From NCBI GenBank assembly GCA_965224085.1, contig CBDCYI010000011.1, forward strand, positions 384,001-448,000: 64,000 nucleotides of DNA, given 5' to 3'. Positions 48,247-58,452 of the stretch are shown in pieces. Both the position numbers and the translations under genes were made by a program. The DNA comes from Candidatus Marinacidobacterales bacterium (lineage in GTDB: Bacteria; Acidobacteriota; Vicinamibacteria; Marinacidobacterales; SMYC01). The notes under the pieces are model-generated. The model ran no database searches and was not told the DNA's origin. It saw only the letters and a program-made list of their open reading frames with translations. Within the stretch, counting starts at the first letter, position 1. Each line of letters starts with the position of its first letter.

Positions 48247-50568
48247 ATGCGCGTTCTGTTCACTTTTCTCCTTAGCTTGGCCGCGAGCGGTGCCCTCGCG
48301 GATTCTATCGACATCTTTGTGGTCGATCCCCAAGACGCGGGCGTGCCGCACGCGACGGTGAAGCTCTCGCGGCGCGATGCTCTGTGGCGCGCGAGCATCC
48401 GCGTGGACGGCGAAGGCCGTTATCGGTTCGGGCTTTTAACGCCCGGTGTCTATATCGTGCAGGCGGAAGCTTCCGGTTTCACACGGAGCGCGGCGCAAGT
48501 CGTTCGGCTCGTCGACGGTGCTTCGGCATCGCTGGAGCTTCGGCTCGACCTCGCCGTCTTCGAAGAATCTGTCGTCGTTACGAGTGCGGACACGGCGCAG
48601 ACATCCGGTGAGATCACGAAGACGATCTCCGTCGTGGGGTGGAAAGAATTCGAAGCGCGCGATGAGTACTTCATTCCGGAGGCGCTTCGCACCGTACCCG
48701 GGGTTAGGGTACAGCAGCTCGGCGGTCCGGGAAGCTTCACCTCCATCAAGATCCGCGGGCTTCGAACCGAAGATACCGCCGTGCTTCTTGACGGCGCACG
48801 TTTTCGCGATCCCGCCGCGCCACAGGGCGATGCCTCGCCTTATCTCGAAGCGCTCATGGCGACCGGTCTCGATCGGGTGGAAATGCTTCGCGGCACAGGC
48901 GCAACACTTTACGGCACCAATGCCGGCGGCGGCGCCATTAATGTTGTTACGGACCCCGGTGGCGGCGAGCCGCGTGGGAGTGTTCTTGCCGAAGGCGGGG
49001 GCCTTGGCCTTTTTCGCGCGAACGCTCAGACTTCCGGTGGCTATCACGATCGACTTCTCTACAGCTTCGGCCTCGCCCATCTGAACGTCGCCGACGGGGT
49101 CGACGGCAATGACTCCGTGCGCAATACGAGCGTTAAAGGTCTGGCCCAGCTGGAGCTCGGGCCCACGTCGAGTCTCGCGTTCCGTTTCTACGGTGCGAAC
49201 GCGAAGATCGACTTGAACGAGAGCCCAGAAGCGCTCGGAGAGCTCCCTCCGACTGGCATCATTGACGCGGTCGCCGACGGCAACTACGTACCGAGCGCGG
49301 ATGACCCCGACTCACAACGCGACGCGAGCTTTGCGTCGACGCTCGTGAGCTTCGATCAGAGGCTGCGGGACGATTTCGGCTACACCATCCGCTATCACGG
49401 TCTCTTCACCAGTCGAAACTTCTTCGATGGGCCCGAAGGCGTGAGCGCTTTCGAGCCCGTGAGCTCCACACTCGCCGAGTTCGATGGGAGCATCCACACG
49501 CTCATCGCCCGGACGGATCTCGATTGGGGGCGGCAGCACATCCAGGCGGGCTTCGAGCTCGAACAAGAGTCGTTCTTCAACCGCTCCTTGCCGGACGACC
49601 CGAACGCGAACTCGAGCGTCGATGTCTCGCAGACGAGCCAGAGCCTCTATGTGCAAGATCAAGTGAGCTTGATGAACGGGGCGCTTTCGATTGCTGGGGC
49701 CATGCGCGCGCAGTGGTTCTCGCTGAGCGATCCCGTGTTTGCTCCATCGACGAACGCGCCTTTCGTGGGTACGGAGGTCGCATCACCGGAGAGCGCTTTC
49801 ACCGGCGATATTTCGGGTGCCTATGGCTTCGATAGCGGCACGAAGCTCCGCGCCCATTTCGGCAATGGCTATCGCGCGCCATCGCTGTTCGAGCGCTACG
49901 GCACGTCGTTCTCGTCCTTCGGCTATTTCGTCTTCGGAGATCCGCGCCTGAGCCCCGAGCGCAGCCACACTTTCGATGTGGGCGTCGAGCAGAGCTTTCT
50001 GTCGCAGCGCGCCCGCGTCTCGGCCACCTACTTTCGGACGCGGCTTTCGGAGATTATCATTTCCGACTTCTCCGGCGGTCTCGATCCGGGCACCGATCCT
50101 TTTGGCCGCTTCGGGGGCTATCTATCGACCGATGGTGGTACGACTCAAGGTATCGAGCTAGTGGGCTTTGTCGTCGCCCCTGGCGGACTTCAATTGAACA
50201 CGTCCTACACGTATACCGACGCGGAACCTCCGGCGGGCGTGACGGAAGATCAAACGCGCGCCTTCGTCATCCCGCGCCATCAGCTCTCGCTTGTCGCCAC
50301 GCAGCGCTTCGGGCGCCGCGTCACTCTGAGTCTCGATCTCGTTGCTTCGAGCAGCTATCTCGCGCCGATTTTCGACCCCGGCACTTTCGCGAGCCGCGTC
50401 TATCGCTTCGATAGCTACTTCAAGAGCGACTTCGTGGCGAGCTACCGTTTCGACTCGGGGATTCGTTTGTTCGGGAAGGTCGACAACCTCTTCGACCAGG
50501 AGATCTTCGAAAGCGGATTCAAGACACCCGGGCGCTACGCGCTCGTCGGCGCCGCGTTCGATTTCTAG
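48247..50568 (+). CDS. btuB: TonB-dependent cobalamin receptor (BtuB-like) with N-terminal CarboxypepD_reg-like domain
   Basis: Plug motifs LRTVPGV, IRG, RVEMLRG, LYG; C-terminal F; follows the riboswitch. Confidence 0.88.
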   Translation: MRVLFTFLLSLAASGALADSIDIFVVDPQDAGVPHATVKLSRRDALWRASIRVDGEGRYRFGLLTPGVYIVQAEASGFTRSAAQVVRLVDGASASLELRLDLAVFEESVVVTSADTAQTSGEITKTISVVGWKEFEARDEYFIPEALRTVPGVRVQQLGGPGSFTSIKIRGLRTEDTAVLLDGARFRDPAAPQGDASPYLEALMATGLDRVEMLRGTGATLYGTNAGGGAINVVTDPGGGEPRGSVLAEGGGLGLFRANAQTSGGYHDRLLYSFGLAHLNVADGVDGNDSVRNTSVKGLAQLELGPTSSLAFRFYGANAKIDLNESPEALGELPPTGIIDAVADGNYVPSADDPDSQRDASFASTLVSFDQRLRDDFGYTIRYHGLFTSRNFFDGPEGVSAFEPVSSTLAEFDGSIHTLIARTDLDWGRQHIQAGFELEQESFFNRSLPDDPNANSSVDVSQTSQSLYVQDQVSLMNGALSIAGAMRAQWFSLSDPVFAPSTNAPFVGTEVASPESAFTGDISGAYGFDSGTKLRAHFGNGYRAPSLFERYGTSFSSFGYFVFGDPRLSPERSHTFDVGVEQSFLSQRARVSATYFRTRLSEIIISDFSGGLDPGTDPFGRFGGYLSTDGGTTQGIELVGFVVAPGGLQLNTSYTYTDAEPPAGVTEDQTRAFVIPRHQLSLVATQRFGRRVTLSLDLVASSSYLAPIFDPGTFASRVYRFDSYFKSDFVASYRFDSGIRLFGKVDNLFDQEIFESGFKTPGRYALVGAAFDF

Positions 50569-50704
50569 GCAGGCTGATGATGAATCCATCTCAGTCTGCA
50601 CCAGCGGAGCGAGCACGGCGCGGATGCGCCGGTGGATGCCGAGCCGTGGGGTTGGGGCCCCGCGGCACACCATTGAAACGATTGAAACGATGAAACGATG
50701 AAGC
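50569..50704. repeat. Intergenic palindromic/MITE-like element plus tgaaacga tandem repeat
   Basis: gcaggctga...tcagtctgc hairpin; gccgtgggg-ttgggg-ccccgcggc hairpin; attgaaacg attgaaacg atgaaacg atgaagc. Confidence 0.55.
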
Positions 50705-51534
50705 TGCTACTCGTTGTCGCGCTCGCGCAGCGCATCATTTCGCTCTCTCCGAGTGTCACCGAGATCCTTTCCGGGATCGACGCCTTCGATCGCGTCGTGG
50801 CCGTGTCGAGATACTGCGAGTATCCGCCCGAGGTCGAGAACCGTCCGCGTGTCGGTGGATGGACCGACACCAATCTGGAGCAGATCATAGCACTCGAGCC
50901 GGACCTCGTCATGCTTACTGGCGTCGACGCACAGGCTCCTCTCATGGAGCCGAAGCTCCATGCGCTCGGGATCGAGACGCTGGCGGTCGGGAGCCAATCG
51001 ATGGCCGACATCTTCGAGTCGATCGAGGCGATCGGCGAGGCCGTCGGTCACGAGGTGCAGGCCAGAAAGCTCGTAGGCGAAATGCGGGCGGAGCTCGACG
51101 ATATCCTTCGGCGGACGCGCGAGCTGCCGCGTCCCAAAGTGCTCGTCGTCGTGGATCGGCTTCCCGGCACGCTGCGTGATATCTATATCGCGACAGAAGG
51201 CAGCTATCTAACAGAGCTTGTCGAGATCGCGGGCGGCGAGCCGGTAACACCGCCCGCGCGGCACAACTACATGCAGCTCGGAGCTGAGGCGCTCGTCGTG
51301 CTCGACCCCGAAGTCATCTTCGATATGGTGCAAGCGCTCACGACGCCGACCGTGTTGGGGGGCGGCAGTCTTTCGGAAGACCCGATGGAGGTGTGGGGTA
51401 GCATTTCGGTGCGGGCGGTCGAGAACGACCGCATCTATCCTTTGACGAACAAGTTGCTCGTCCATCCGTCACAGTTCGCGGTCGAGGCCGCACGGGAGTT
51501 TGCGCGCCGTCTCCACCCCGAGGCCTTCGAGTGA
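50698..51534 (+). CDS. btuF: Cobalamin ABC transporter periplasmic binding protein
   Basis: RIISLSPSVTEIL, NLEQIIALEPDLV helical-backbone receptor motifs. Confidence 0.88.
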   Translation: MKLLLVVALAQRIISLSPSVTEILSGIDAFDRVVAVSRYCEYPPEVENRPRVGGWTDTNLEQIIALEPDLVMLTGVDAQAPLMEPKLHALGIETLAVGSQSMADIFESIEAIGEAVGHEVQARKLVGEMRAELDDILRRTRELPRPKVLVVVDRLPGTLRDIYIATEGSYLTELVEIAGGEPVTPPARHNYMQLGAEALVVLDPEVIFDMVQALTTPTVLGGGSLSEDPMEVWGSISVRAVENDRIYPLTNKLLVHPSQFAVEAAREFARRLHPEAFE

Positions 51535-52307
51535 GCGCCATCCTCACGGCCGAATCTCTCGTCTTTTCCTACGGAGCCATGCGCGTGATCGAGGGGGTGT
51601 CCCTCTCGCTCGCGCGCGGGCATTTTTGCGGGCTCATCGGTCCGAATGGTTGCGGGAAGTCGACGCTATTGCGGTTGCTTTCCGGTGTTCTCTCGCCGTT
51701 CGAGGGCTCGGTCGTTCTAGAAGGGCATCCGCTCGGTGATATCGAGCCCCGCGCTCGGGCAAGGCGTATCGGCTATGTGCCGCAGCAGCAAACCCGCGTC
51801 TTTCCTTTTACCGCTCTCGAGCTCGTCTTGACAGGTCGAAGCCCGTATACGTCGCGGTTTCGTTTCGAGACTTCTCGCGACGTCGACATCGCGATGGAGG
51901 CGCTCGAGAATGTTGGTGCCGCGCACTTGGCGAAGCGTCCGATTACAGAGCTCTCGGGCGGCGAGCAGCAGATGGTCGTCGTCGCGAGGGCGCTCGCGCA
52001 GCGGGCGACTCTCTTGCTTCTCGACGAGCCCGCGGCCGCGCTCGATTTGAAACATCGTGCACAGCTTCTAGGCGCGCTGAAGCGTTTGCGCGACGAGAGA
52101 GAGCTCACCGTGCTCGTCGTGACTCACGAACTGCAGATGCTCGATGCGAGCTTCGACTATCTCTTGGCGATGCGCGGCGGCCGTCTCGTCGCCGAGGGCC
52201 CTTCCCAAGACGTATTGAACGAGAAAACGCTCGCGGAGATTTACGAAGACCCAGGTGTCCGAGCCCATCGGATCGAAGGCCGTACGTTCGTCTGGTCGGA
52301 GGGGTGA
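51531..52307 (+). CDS. btuD: Cobalamin ABC transporter ATPase
   Basis: GPNGCGKST, LSGGE, LLLDEP. Confidence 0.88.
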   Translation: MSAILTAESLVFSYGAMRVIEGVSLSLARGHFCGLIGPNGCGKSTLLRLLSGVLSPFEGSVVLEGHPLGDIEPRARARRIGYVPQQQTRVFPFTALELVLTGRSPYTSRFRFETSRDVDIAMEALENVGAAHLAKRPITELSGGEQQMVVVARALAQRATLLLLDEPAAALDLKHRAQLLGALKRLRDERELTVLVVTHELQMLDASFDYLLAMRGGRLVAEGPSQDVLNEKTLAEIYEDPGVRAHRIEGRTFVWSEG

Positions 52308-53302
52308 TGGCGACGGGTGGGCGACTTCTGTGGGCACTCTCTTTCTTCTTCGTGGTCGTCTGTGTCGTCACGCTCTTTGCGCTCTCGACGGGCTATCAAC
52401 ACATCGACTGGAGCGAGCTCCGGACGGACGAGACCACGCGGACGATCTTCTTTCGCCTCCGCGTTCCTCGGGTCGCGCTCGGGCTTCTCGTCGGCGGCTC
52501 GCTCGCCGGGGTCGGCGCCGCCCTGCAGGCGCTTTTCCGCAACCCTCTCGCGGAGCCCTTCACGCTCGGCGTTTCCGGAGGCGGGGCGCTCGGTGCGAGT
52601 ATCGCTATCGCACTCGGCCTCGGTGCAAGCGTTGCAGGGATTCCGCTGGTGTTTCTGTTTGCCTTTGCGGGAGCTTTGGCTTTCATCGCTATTGTGTACC
52701 GGCTCGCTTCCGCGGGGAGCATCGTCATGCCCGGCGCGCTCCTACTAGCGGGCGTCGTCTTGAACTTGATCGCCCTCGCCGGCGTCTTGATGATCCAATT
52801 CATGACCGATTACACGCGGGCGCTTCAGATTCTTCGTTGGATGGTCGGAAGCCTCGACGTTGTCGGCGCGGGTCTCGTGTGGCGCATGTTGATCTTTCTC
52901 GTGCCCGGACTCGCGTTCCTACTTTCGGTGACACGCGATCTTCATCTCATCGCGATGGACGAAGAGTCGGCCGCGGCGCTCGGCGTCGATGTACGTCGAA
53001 CGGAGCGCTTCGTTTACGTCGCGTCGTGTCTCATCGTCGGTGTGAGCGTCGCCGTCGCTGGGCCGATTGGCTTCGTCGGGCTCATCGTGCCTCATGTGGT
53101 ACGACTTCTGTTCGGCGAGGATCTGAGGATCGTAATCCCGTGCTCGATCTTGCTCGGCGCGGCCTTCCTCGTGCTCGCCGACACGCTGGCACGTACGCTC
53201 CTGGGAGCGAGCGAGCTTCCAGTCGGCGCGGTCACGGCTTTGATTGGTGGACCACTGTTTCTTTTGCTGTTGAGTCGTCGCCGACGCTATGCGGCGATTT
53301 AG
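52304..53302 (+). CDS. btuC: Cobalamin ABC transporter permease (FecCD/BtuC)
   Basis: LRVPRV, FRNPLAEP, SAAALGV, IGFVGLIVPH. Confidence 0.9.
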   Translation: MMATGGRLLWALSFFFVVVCVVTLFALSTGYQHIDWSELRTDETTRTIFFRLRVPRVALGLLVGGSLAGVGAALQALFRNPLAEPFTLGVSGGGALGASIAIALGLGASVAGIPLVFLFAFAGALAFIAIVYRLASAGSIVMPGALLLAGVVLNLIALAGVLMIQFMTDYTRALQILRWMVGSLDVVGAGLVWRMLIFLVPGLAFLLSVTRDLHLIAMDEESAAALGVDVRRTERFVYVASCLIVGVSVAVAGPIGFVGLIVPHVVRLLFGEDLRIVIPCSILLGAAFLVLADTLARTLLGASELPVGAVTALIGGPLFLLLLSRRRRYAAI

Positions 53303-53312
53303 GATGAGGTAA

Positions 53313-53885
53313 GTGAAGATGTCTATCGCAACCAAAACAGGTGACAAAGGACAAACGAGGCTCATTGGTGGAAGCCGAGTCTCGAAAGGGGACATGAGAG
53401 TCGAAGCCTACGGGACGCTCGACGAGCTTGGCTCGGCCATGGGTTTTGCACGATCGATCTGCCGTCACGAGAAAGTGGCGGAAGCCACGAAGCAGATCCA
53501 GAAGGAGCTTTTCACCGTGAGCGCGTCGCTCGCGAGCCCCGAGGACGACAAGAAGACGAATCGCGTGACGGAGGCGATGGTGGATGCGCTGACCCGCCAC
53601 GTCGAGGAGATCGAGGCCATCGATGGCATCCTCGGCGATTGGGTGCTTCCTGGGGAAGACACCGTCTCGGCGGCTTATGACGTCGCGCGTACTGTGTGCC
53701 GACGTGCGGAGCGGGTTGCGGTGCGGCTGCGCGACGAGGGTGTAGTGGTCGATCCGCTCGCGATCACGTACATCAACCGACTCTCCGATGTGCTTTGGCT
53801 TTTCGGACGCCTCGTCGAGAAAGAGAAAGGGATTGACGCAAAGCTTCGCGACGGAGAAGGCTCGAGTTGGACGAAAGCGTGGTAG
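53313..53885 (+). CDS. pduO: PduO-type cob(I)alamin adenosyltransferase
   Basis: TKTGDKGQT, AYGTLDEL, RTVCRRAER, NRLSD. Confidence 0.94.
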   Translation: MKMSIATKTGDKGQTRLIGGSRVSKGDMRVEAYGTLDELGSAMGFARSICRHEKVAEATKQIQKELFTVSASLASPEDDKKTNRVTEAMVDALTRHVEEIEAIDGILGDWVLPGEDTVSAAYDVARTVCRRAERVAVRLRDEGVVVDPLAITYINRLSDVLWLFGRLVEKEKGIDAKLRDGEGSSWTKAW

Positions 53886-54871
53886 AGCCTCCCGACGAGG
53901 GCTTTGCCGAGAGGGCGCGGGCGCGCGAGGAAAAGCTCACGAAGCCTCCGGGAAGTCTCGGCCGGCTCGAAGAGATCGCGATCCGCCTCGCGGCGATCCA
54001 GCGAACCGACACGCCGAAGACGCGGCCGCGGGCGATCGTTCTTTTCGCTGGCGATCACGGGGTGACCGAAGAGGGAGTGAGCCGTTATCCTTCTGAAGTC
54101 ACGGGACAGATGATCTTGAACTTCAACGCTGGCGGCGCGGCCATCAACGCTCTTTCGCGCGTGGCCGAGGCGGATCTTTCCGTCGTGGATGTCGGGACAC
54201 TTTCGAACCCCGCCGTTCGACGCGGCACACGCAATTTCGTGCGCGAGCCCGCTATGACCGAAGAGGAGGTGGATGCGGCTATTGAGGTTGGCAGGAGCGA
54301 AGTACGTCGGCTCGAAGGTGTACGAATCTTGGGGCTCGGCGAGATGGGCATCGGCAACACGACCGCGGCGAGTGCGATGACGGCCGCGCTTACGGGCCTT
54401 CCCGTCGCGGCCGTTACCGGGCGCGGCACGGGGGTGGACGGGCCTGGGCTTCGCCGTAAGGTGGACGTCATCGAGCGCGCGCTCTCGCTTCACAATCCGA
54501 AGACACCGCGCGCCATCCTGGCTTCAGTGGGCGGTCTCGAGATCGCGGCGCTCGTGGGCGTTTGTCTAGAGGCCGCGGAGGGCGGCGTTGCCATCCTCGT
54601 CGACGGTTTCATTACGACCGCTGCGTTCGCTGTCGCGTGCAAGCTCGAGCCCGCGGTCAAGGACTACGCATTTTTCTCTCACGTCTCCGTCGAGCCGGGC
54701 CACGAGGCACTGCATCAAATGATGGACGTCCGACCGCTTCTCGACCTCGAGCTTCGGCTCGGGGAAGGCACGGGCGCTGCACTGGCGATCCCCATTCTGG
54801 ACGGCGCTGTCGCGGCGCATAACGAGATGGCGACGTTCGAAAGCGCGAGCGTTTCCGATAAATCGCCGTGA
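53867..54871 (+). CDS. cobT: Nicotinate-nucleotide:DMB phosphoribosyltransferase
   Basis: LTKPPGSLGRLE, GDHGV, GEMGIGNTT, LRLGEGTGA. Confidence 0.96.
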   Translation: MDESVVEPPDEGFAERARAREEKLTKPPGSLGRLEEIAIRLAAIQRTDTPKTRPRAIVLFAGDHGVTEEGVSRYPSEVTGQMILNFNAGGAAINALSRVAEADLSVVDVGTLSNPAVRRGTRNFVREPAMTEEEVDAAIEVGRSEVRRLEGVRILGLGEMGIGNTTAASAMTAALTGLPVAAVTGRGTGVDGPGLRRKVDVIERALSLHNPKTPRAILASVGGLEIAALVGVCLEAAEGGVAILVDGFITTAAFAVACKLEPAVKDYAFFSHVSVEPGHEALHQMMDVRPLLDLELRLGEGTGAALAIPILDGAVAAHNEMATFESASVSDKSP

Positions 54872-55566
54872 CTCGACTTCTCGCCGCCATCGCGTTTCTC
54901 ACCCGAGCTCCGATCCACCGGCCGTTCACGACCGAAGATGTCGGACGCGCTGCGATTTTCTTTCCTCTCGTGGGTGCTTCGATCGGGGCGGCTCAGCTCG
55001 GCTTGTGGAAGCTTCTCGATACGACCCTGCCGCCGCTTCCTCTCGCGGTCCTCGTCGTGTCTTTCTCCGCCTGGGCGACGCGAGGACTTCACTTGGATGG
55101 CCTCGCGGATTTCGTCGATGGGCTTGGCGGTGGCCGTACGCGTGAGGATGTGCTGCGCATCATGCAGGATTCCCGCATCGGCGCCTTCGGCTCTAGCGCG
55201 CTGGTGCTCGTTCTTTTCACTAAAGTCGCCGCGATCGAAGAGCCCGTGCCCTGGCAAGCGCTCGTCCTCGCGCCGGCCCTCAGTCGGTGGAGCGCCGTGC
55301 TCATGGGGTTCATGCTTCCCTACGCGCGGGAGAGCGCCGCGCCGTCGTCGCACTTTGGCAAACGTGAGCTCTTGGGCGCCACGGTGATGCTGGCCGCGGC
55401 CTGTTTTCTGGCACCGCGACTCGCCGCGAGGATGTGGGCTGGTGTTTTGGTCGTGAGCTTGATCGTTGGGGCCATCGCCCGTCGCCGTATCGGAGGCGTC
55501 ACCGGCGATGTGATAGGCGCCAATCTCGAGCTCGCAGAAGCCGCCGCGCTCCTGGTCGCTGTGTGA
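54868..55566 (+). CDS. cobS: Adenosylcobinamide-GDP ribazoletransferase
   Basis: FLTR, GLHLDGLADFVDG, GGVTGDVIGA. Confidence 0.95.
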   Translation: MTRLLAAIAFLTRAPIHRPFTTEDVGRAAIFFPLVGASIGAAQLGLWKLLDTTLPPLPLAVLVVSFSAWATRGLHLDGLADFVDGLGGGRTREDVLRIMQDSRIGAFGSSALVLVLFTKVAAIEEPVPWQALVLAPALSRWSAVLMGFMLPYARESAAPSSHFGKRELLGATVMLAAACFLAPRLAARMWAGVLVVSLIVGAIARRRIGGVTGDVIGANLELAEAAALLVAV

Positions 55567-56191
55567 TCGCGAGCTGGGATCGACCCGAAGGTGCAAGGCT
55601 GCGGCTGGTGCTTATCCGCCACGGCGAGCCAGAAGCGTCCGCGCGCGGGCGTTGCTACGGAAAGCTCGACATAGGACTTTCGGCAAATGGCCGCGCTCAG
55701 ATGGCGCGGCTCGGCGAAGCTCTTGCGTCTGCGTCGATCGATACTTTCTATGCGAGCCCGAGGTGCCGAGCGCTCGACAGCGTCGAAGGACTCATCGAAA
55801 GACTCAGGGGGAAGCCCATCGTCGAACCGCGACTGGCAGAGATCGATTTCGGGGAGCTCGAGGGAATGACCTACGACGAAGCCGCCGAGCGCTTTCCTCG
55901 AGCCTACGAGGAATGGATGCGCGCGCCGACCGAGGTACACTTCCCCGGGGCGAGAGTTTCATACAGATGAGGCAACGGGTGCTTCAAGCCGTTTCGGAGA
56001 TTCGTGAGGCCCGGAAGGAGCAAACAGTGGCGATCGTTTCGCATGGCGGCGTCAACCGCATCGTGCTCGCGCAGGCCCTCGGCGTCGAATCGCGTATGAT
56101 TTTTCGGATGGAACAATCCTATGCGGGCGTCAGCGTGATCGACGAGCTCGATGGCGATTGCGTCGTGCGGGTCTTGAACGCTCAATGTTGA
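55563..56191 (+). pseudogene. cobC: Alpha-ribazole phosphatase, frameshifted at a G-run (55947-55950)
   Basis: LIRHGE...EIDFGELEG in frame A; GESF...VSHGG in frame B; adding one G restores FPGGESF. Confidence 0.85.
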
Positions 56192-56712
56192 CGTTCGTCC
56201 TCGGCGGCGCGCGAAGCGGCAAGAGCCGCTACGCGCAAACACTCGCAGGCGTTGCGCCTTCGGTCGTGTACATCGCCACGGCGTCGGCCGGCGACGATCC
56301 TGAGATGAAGCGCCGCATCGCGCGTCACCGAGCCGAGCGCCCGCCGCACTTTCGAACGATAGAGGCGCCGGTAGAGCTCGTCGAAGCGGTCGAAGCTGTG
56401 AAGGACGGAGTCATCCTCGTGGACTGCATGACCCTCTGGCTTTCCAATCTCAGCTATCGCCACCGCGCGCTTCGCCCCGAAGCCCGGGAGTCTCGAATCC
56501 TCGGCGCCGTGTCGGCGTTCATCGAGGCCGCATGCCAGCGCGAGGGAAAGATCATTGTCGTGAGCAACGAGGTTGGTGAGGGTGTGGTCCCGGACTCCTC
56601 CGTCGCGCGATATTTTCGAGACCTTCAAGGCCTAGCCAATCAAGCCGTGGCGCGCGAAGCGGACCGCGTCGTCTTGATGGTGGCCGGTATCCCGCTAACG
56701 CTGAAAGGTTAG
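56185..56712 (+). CDS. cobU: Cobinamide kinase / cobinamide-phosphate guanylyltransferase
   Basis: GGARSGKS, YIATA, DCMTLWLSN, VSNEVG, FRDLQG. Confidence 0.96.
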   Translation: MLTFVLGGARSGKSRYAQTLAGVAPSVVYIATASAGDDPEMKRRIARHRAERPPHFRTIEAPVELVEAVEAVKDGVILVDCMTLWLSNLSYRHRALRPEARESRILGAVSAFIEAACQREGKIIVVSNEVGEGVVPDSSVARYFRDLQGLANQAVAREADRVVLMVAGIPLTLKG

Positions 56713-56787
56713 CGCACTAGCACGCAGCTGAAGCTGTCCTCTCTCGACGCACTTTGTCGTGCCCTAGAGTTGCGCGCCGCGAAAATA

Positions 56788-58335
56788 CTAGTCATCTTTG
56801 AAGGCCTCGTCGATCCCGTCCGGATCGAGCTCGAGCTCCTGGGTGTGCGGTGCTTTAGGGACCTTCGCCGTCTCGACCGGCGGCTGGGCCGCGAAGGATT
56901 CCAAGAATCCTGCTTCGAGCGGAGCGGGCTCGGCCTCCATGCCAGTCAAAGAATGTTTCGTTTCGCCGAGCTTTGAGACCGGTGTCCGCACGGACACGTG
57001 CGTTGTCACCTCGGCCGGCATTCGCGCTTTCGTCGTCACCGGATCCGTCGCGAGTGCTTCGAATCCTGAGGGAGCGGCGGTAGGTGCCGATGACGTGGGG
57101 GTGGCCGGCATCTGAAAGAACGGAGTGTCGTTCCTGTCGTCGTGAGCCTGTGGTGGCACGGGCGTGGGAGTCCCGCCTTCGAGGATCGTCTCCATGATCT
57201 CACCGGTCGACGGCGGCGGAGCCGGCGCTTCCACCATATGTTGGGTCTGGTTCGGTGGCGGTGTCGACAGCGGCGGCTCGACGGCGAGCTGGGTTTGGTC
57301 GGGGCGCGCCGGTGTTGGCGGCTCGACGGCGAGCTGGGTCTGGTCAGACTGTATCGTCGTCGGCATCGAGGGCGGCGGCTCGTTCGCGAGCTGCGTCTGT
57401 GCGTCCTTATTCGCCGGTTCGTGGGCCGAGCTGTCTTGCTCAATCTCGAGCTCCACGAGCTCCGTCGCGCGCACGGCGGCCTTCGCTTCGCGCCGGAGAG
57501 ACGCGCGCGTCGGTCTATCCGCTTCGACGGGGAGTGCGGTGATGACCGGCTCCGGAGGAGTCGTCATCGGTATGGCGTAATCCGTCAACGCCTGCTCGGT
57601 CACGTCGACGAGCTCGATCCACGAAAGACTTCGAAAGGCCCAGAGGTAGCGGCATGCTTCGAAATCGGGAAGGGTCGCGCGCGTGCAAATCTCCTCGAGC
57701 GACACCGGTTCTTCCATCATGTCAAGCAGCTCGCGCACGCGCGCGTCGAGCTTCATGCGGCTCCACTCGGCGGCCTTGGTATCGGACCGCCGGTAGACCG
57801 AGTCGAGGTTCCCGACGCCTTTCGATATCCGTCTCCAGCTCTCTACGTAGCGGACCCCTTCGAGGATGATCCGCGCGACCGGGAGATCGAGGGTTACGGA
57901 TTGAGACGGCGGCAGCTCCATCTCTTTGAACTTGTACCAGGTTTCCGTTCGGCGGAACAGTCCGAGCAGGATCCCTCTTACTTGTCCGACCACCGCCGGC
58001 ACGAGATCTTGTGACGCAAGGGTTTTTTCTTCGACGAGGATCTTCCCGAACCTTTTGCCGGGCCGTATTTTCTTCGCGACCCGCGTGTAGTCCATGAGAG
58101 AAATCTTGCCGGTGCGCAGCAGGAATTGTCCGAGACCGTCATCCTGCGACGATGATTCTGCAAAGACGATCTTCCCGTTCTTGAAGTGGAGGGTCTTATC
58201 ACTCTCGGGATTCGAGAATTGCAGCGTCCCTGTCTTGGCGGATCGGCCGATGAACAGGAGAAGGTCGGGTAGGTCGTGTTCGTCGTTCCAGCAGTTGAGT
58301 ACTCCCTCGAAAGGGATCGGTGCACCTTGGGGCAT
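56788..58335 (-). CDS. DUF4388 (PATAN-like) protein with long Pro/Thr-rich repeat tail
   Basis: LPDLLLFIGRSAKTGTL...FKNGKIVFA...LGQFLL; QTQLAVEPP repeats. Confidence 0.8.
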   Translation of the reverse strand: MPQGAPIPFEGVLNCWNDEHDLPDLLLFIGRSAKTGTLQFSNPESDKTLHFKNGKIVFAESSSQDDGLGQFLLRTGKISLMDYTRVAKKIRPGKRFGKILVEEKTLASQDLVPAVVGQVRGILLGLFRRTETWYKFKEMELPPSQSVTLDLPVARIILEGVRYVESWRRISKGVGNLDSVYRRSDTKAAEWSRMKLDARVRELLDMMEEPVSLEEICTRATLPDFEACRYLWAFRSLSWIELVDVTEQALTDYAIPMTTPPEPVITALPVEADRPTRASLRREAKAAVRATELVELEIEQDSSAHEPANKDAQTQLANEPPPSMPTTIQSDQTQLAVEPPTPARPDQTQLAVEPPLSTPPPNQTQHMVEAPAPPPSTGEIMETILEGGTPTPVPPQAHDDRNDTPFFQMPATPTSSAPTAAPSGFEALATDPVTTKARMPAEVTTHVSVRTPVSKLGETKHSLTGMEAEPAPLEAGFLESFAAQPPVETAKVPKAPHTQELELDPDGIDEAFKDD

Positions 58336-58452
58336 GGATACTCTCGCTCAAACAGCTCGAATGGTTGGAGTTTGGATCGTACCCATCCATTATACGGTAC
58401 CGAAATGTAGTCGGAAATACTTGTAACCAATTGAAATTACGCGGGTTATTGA

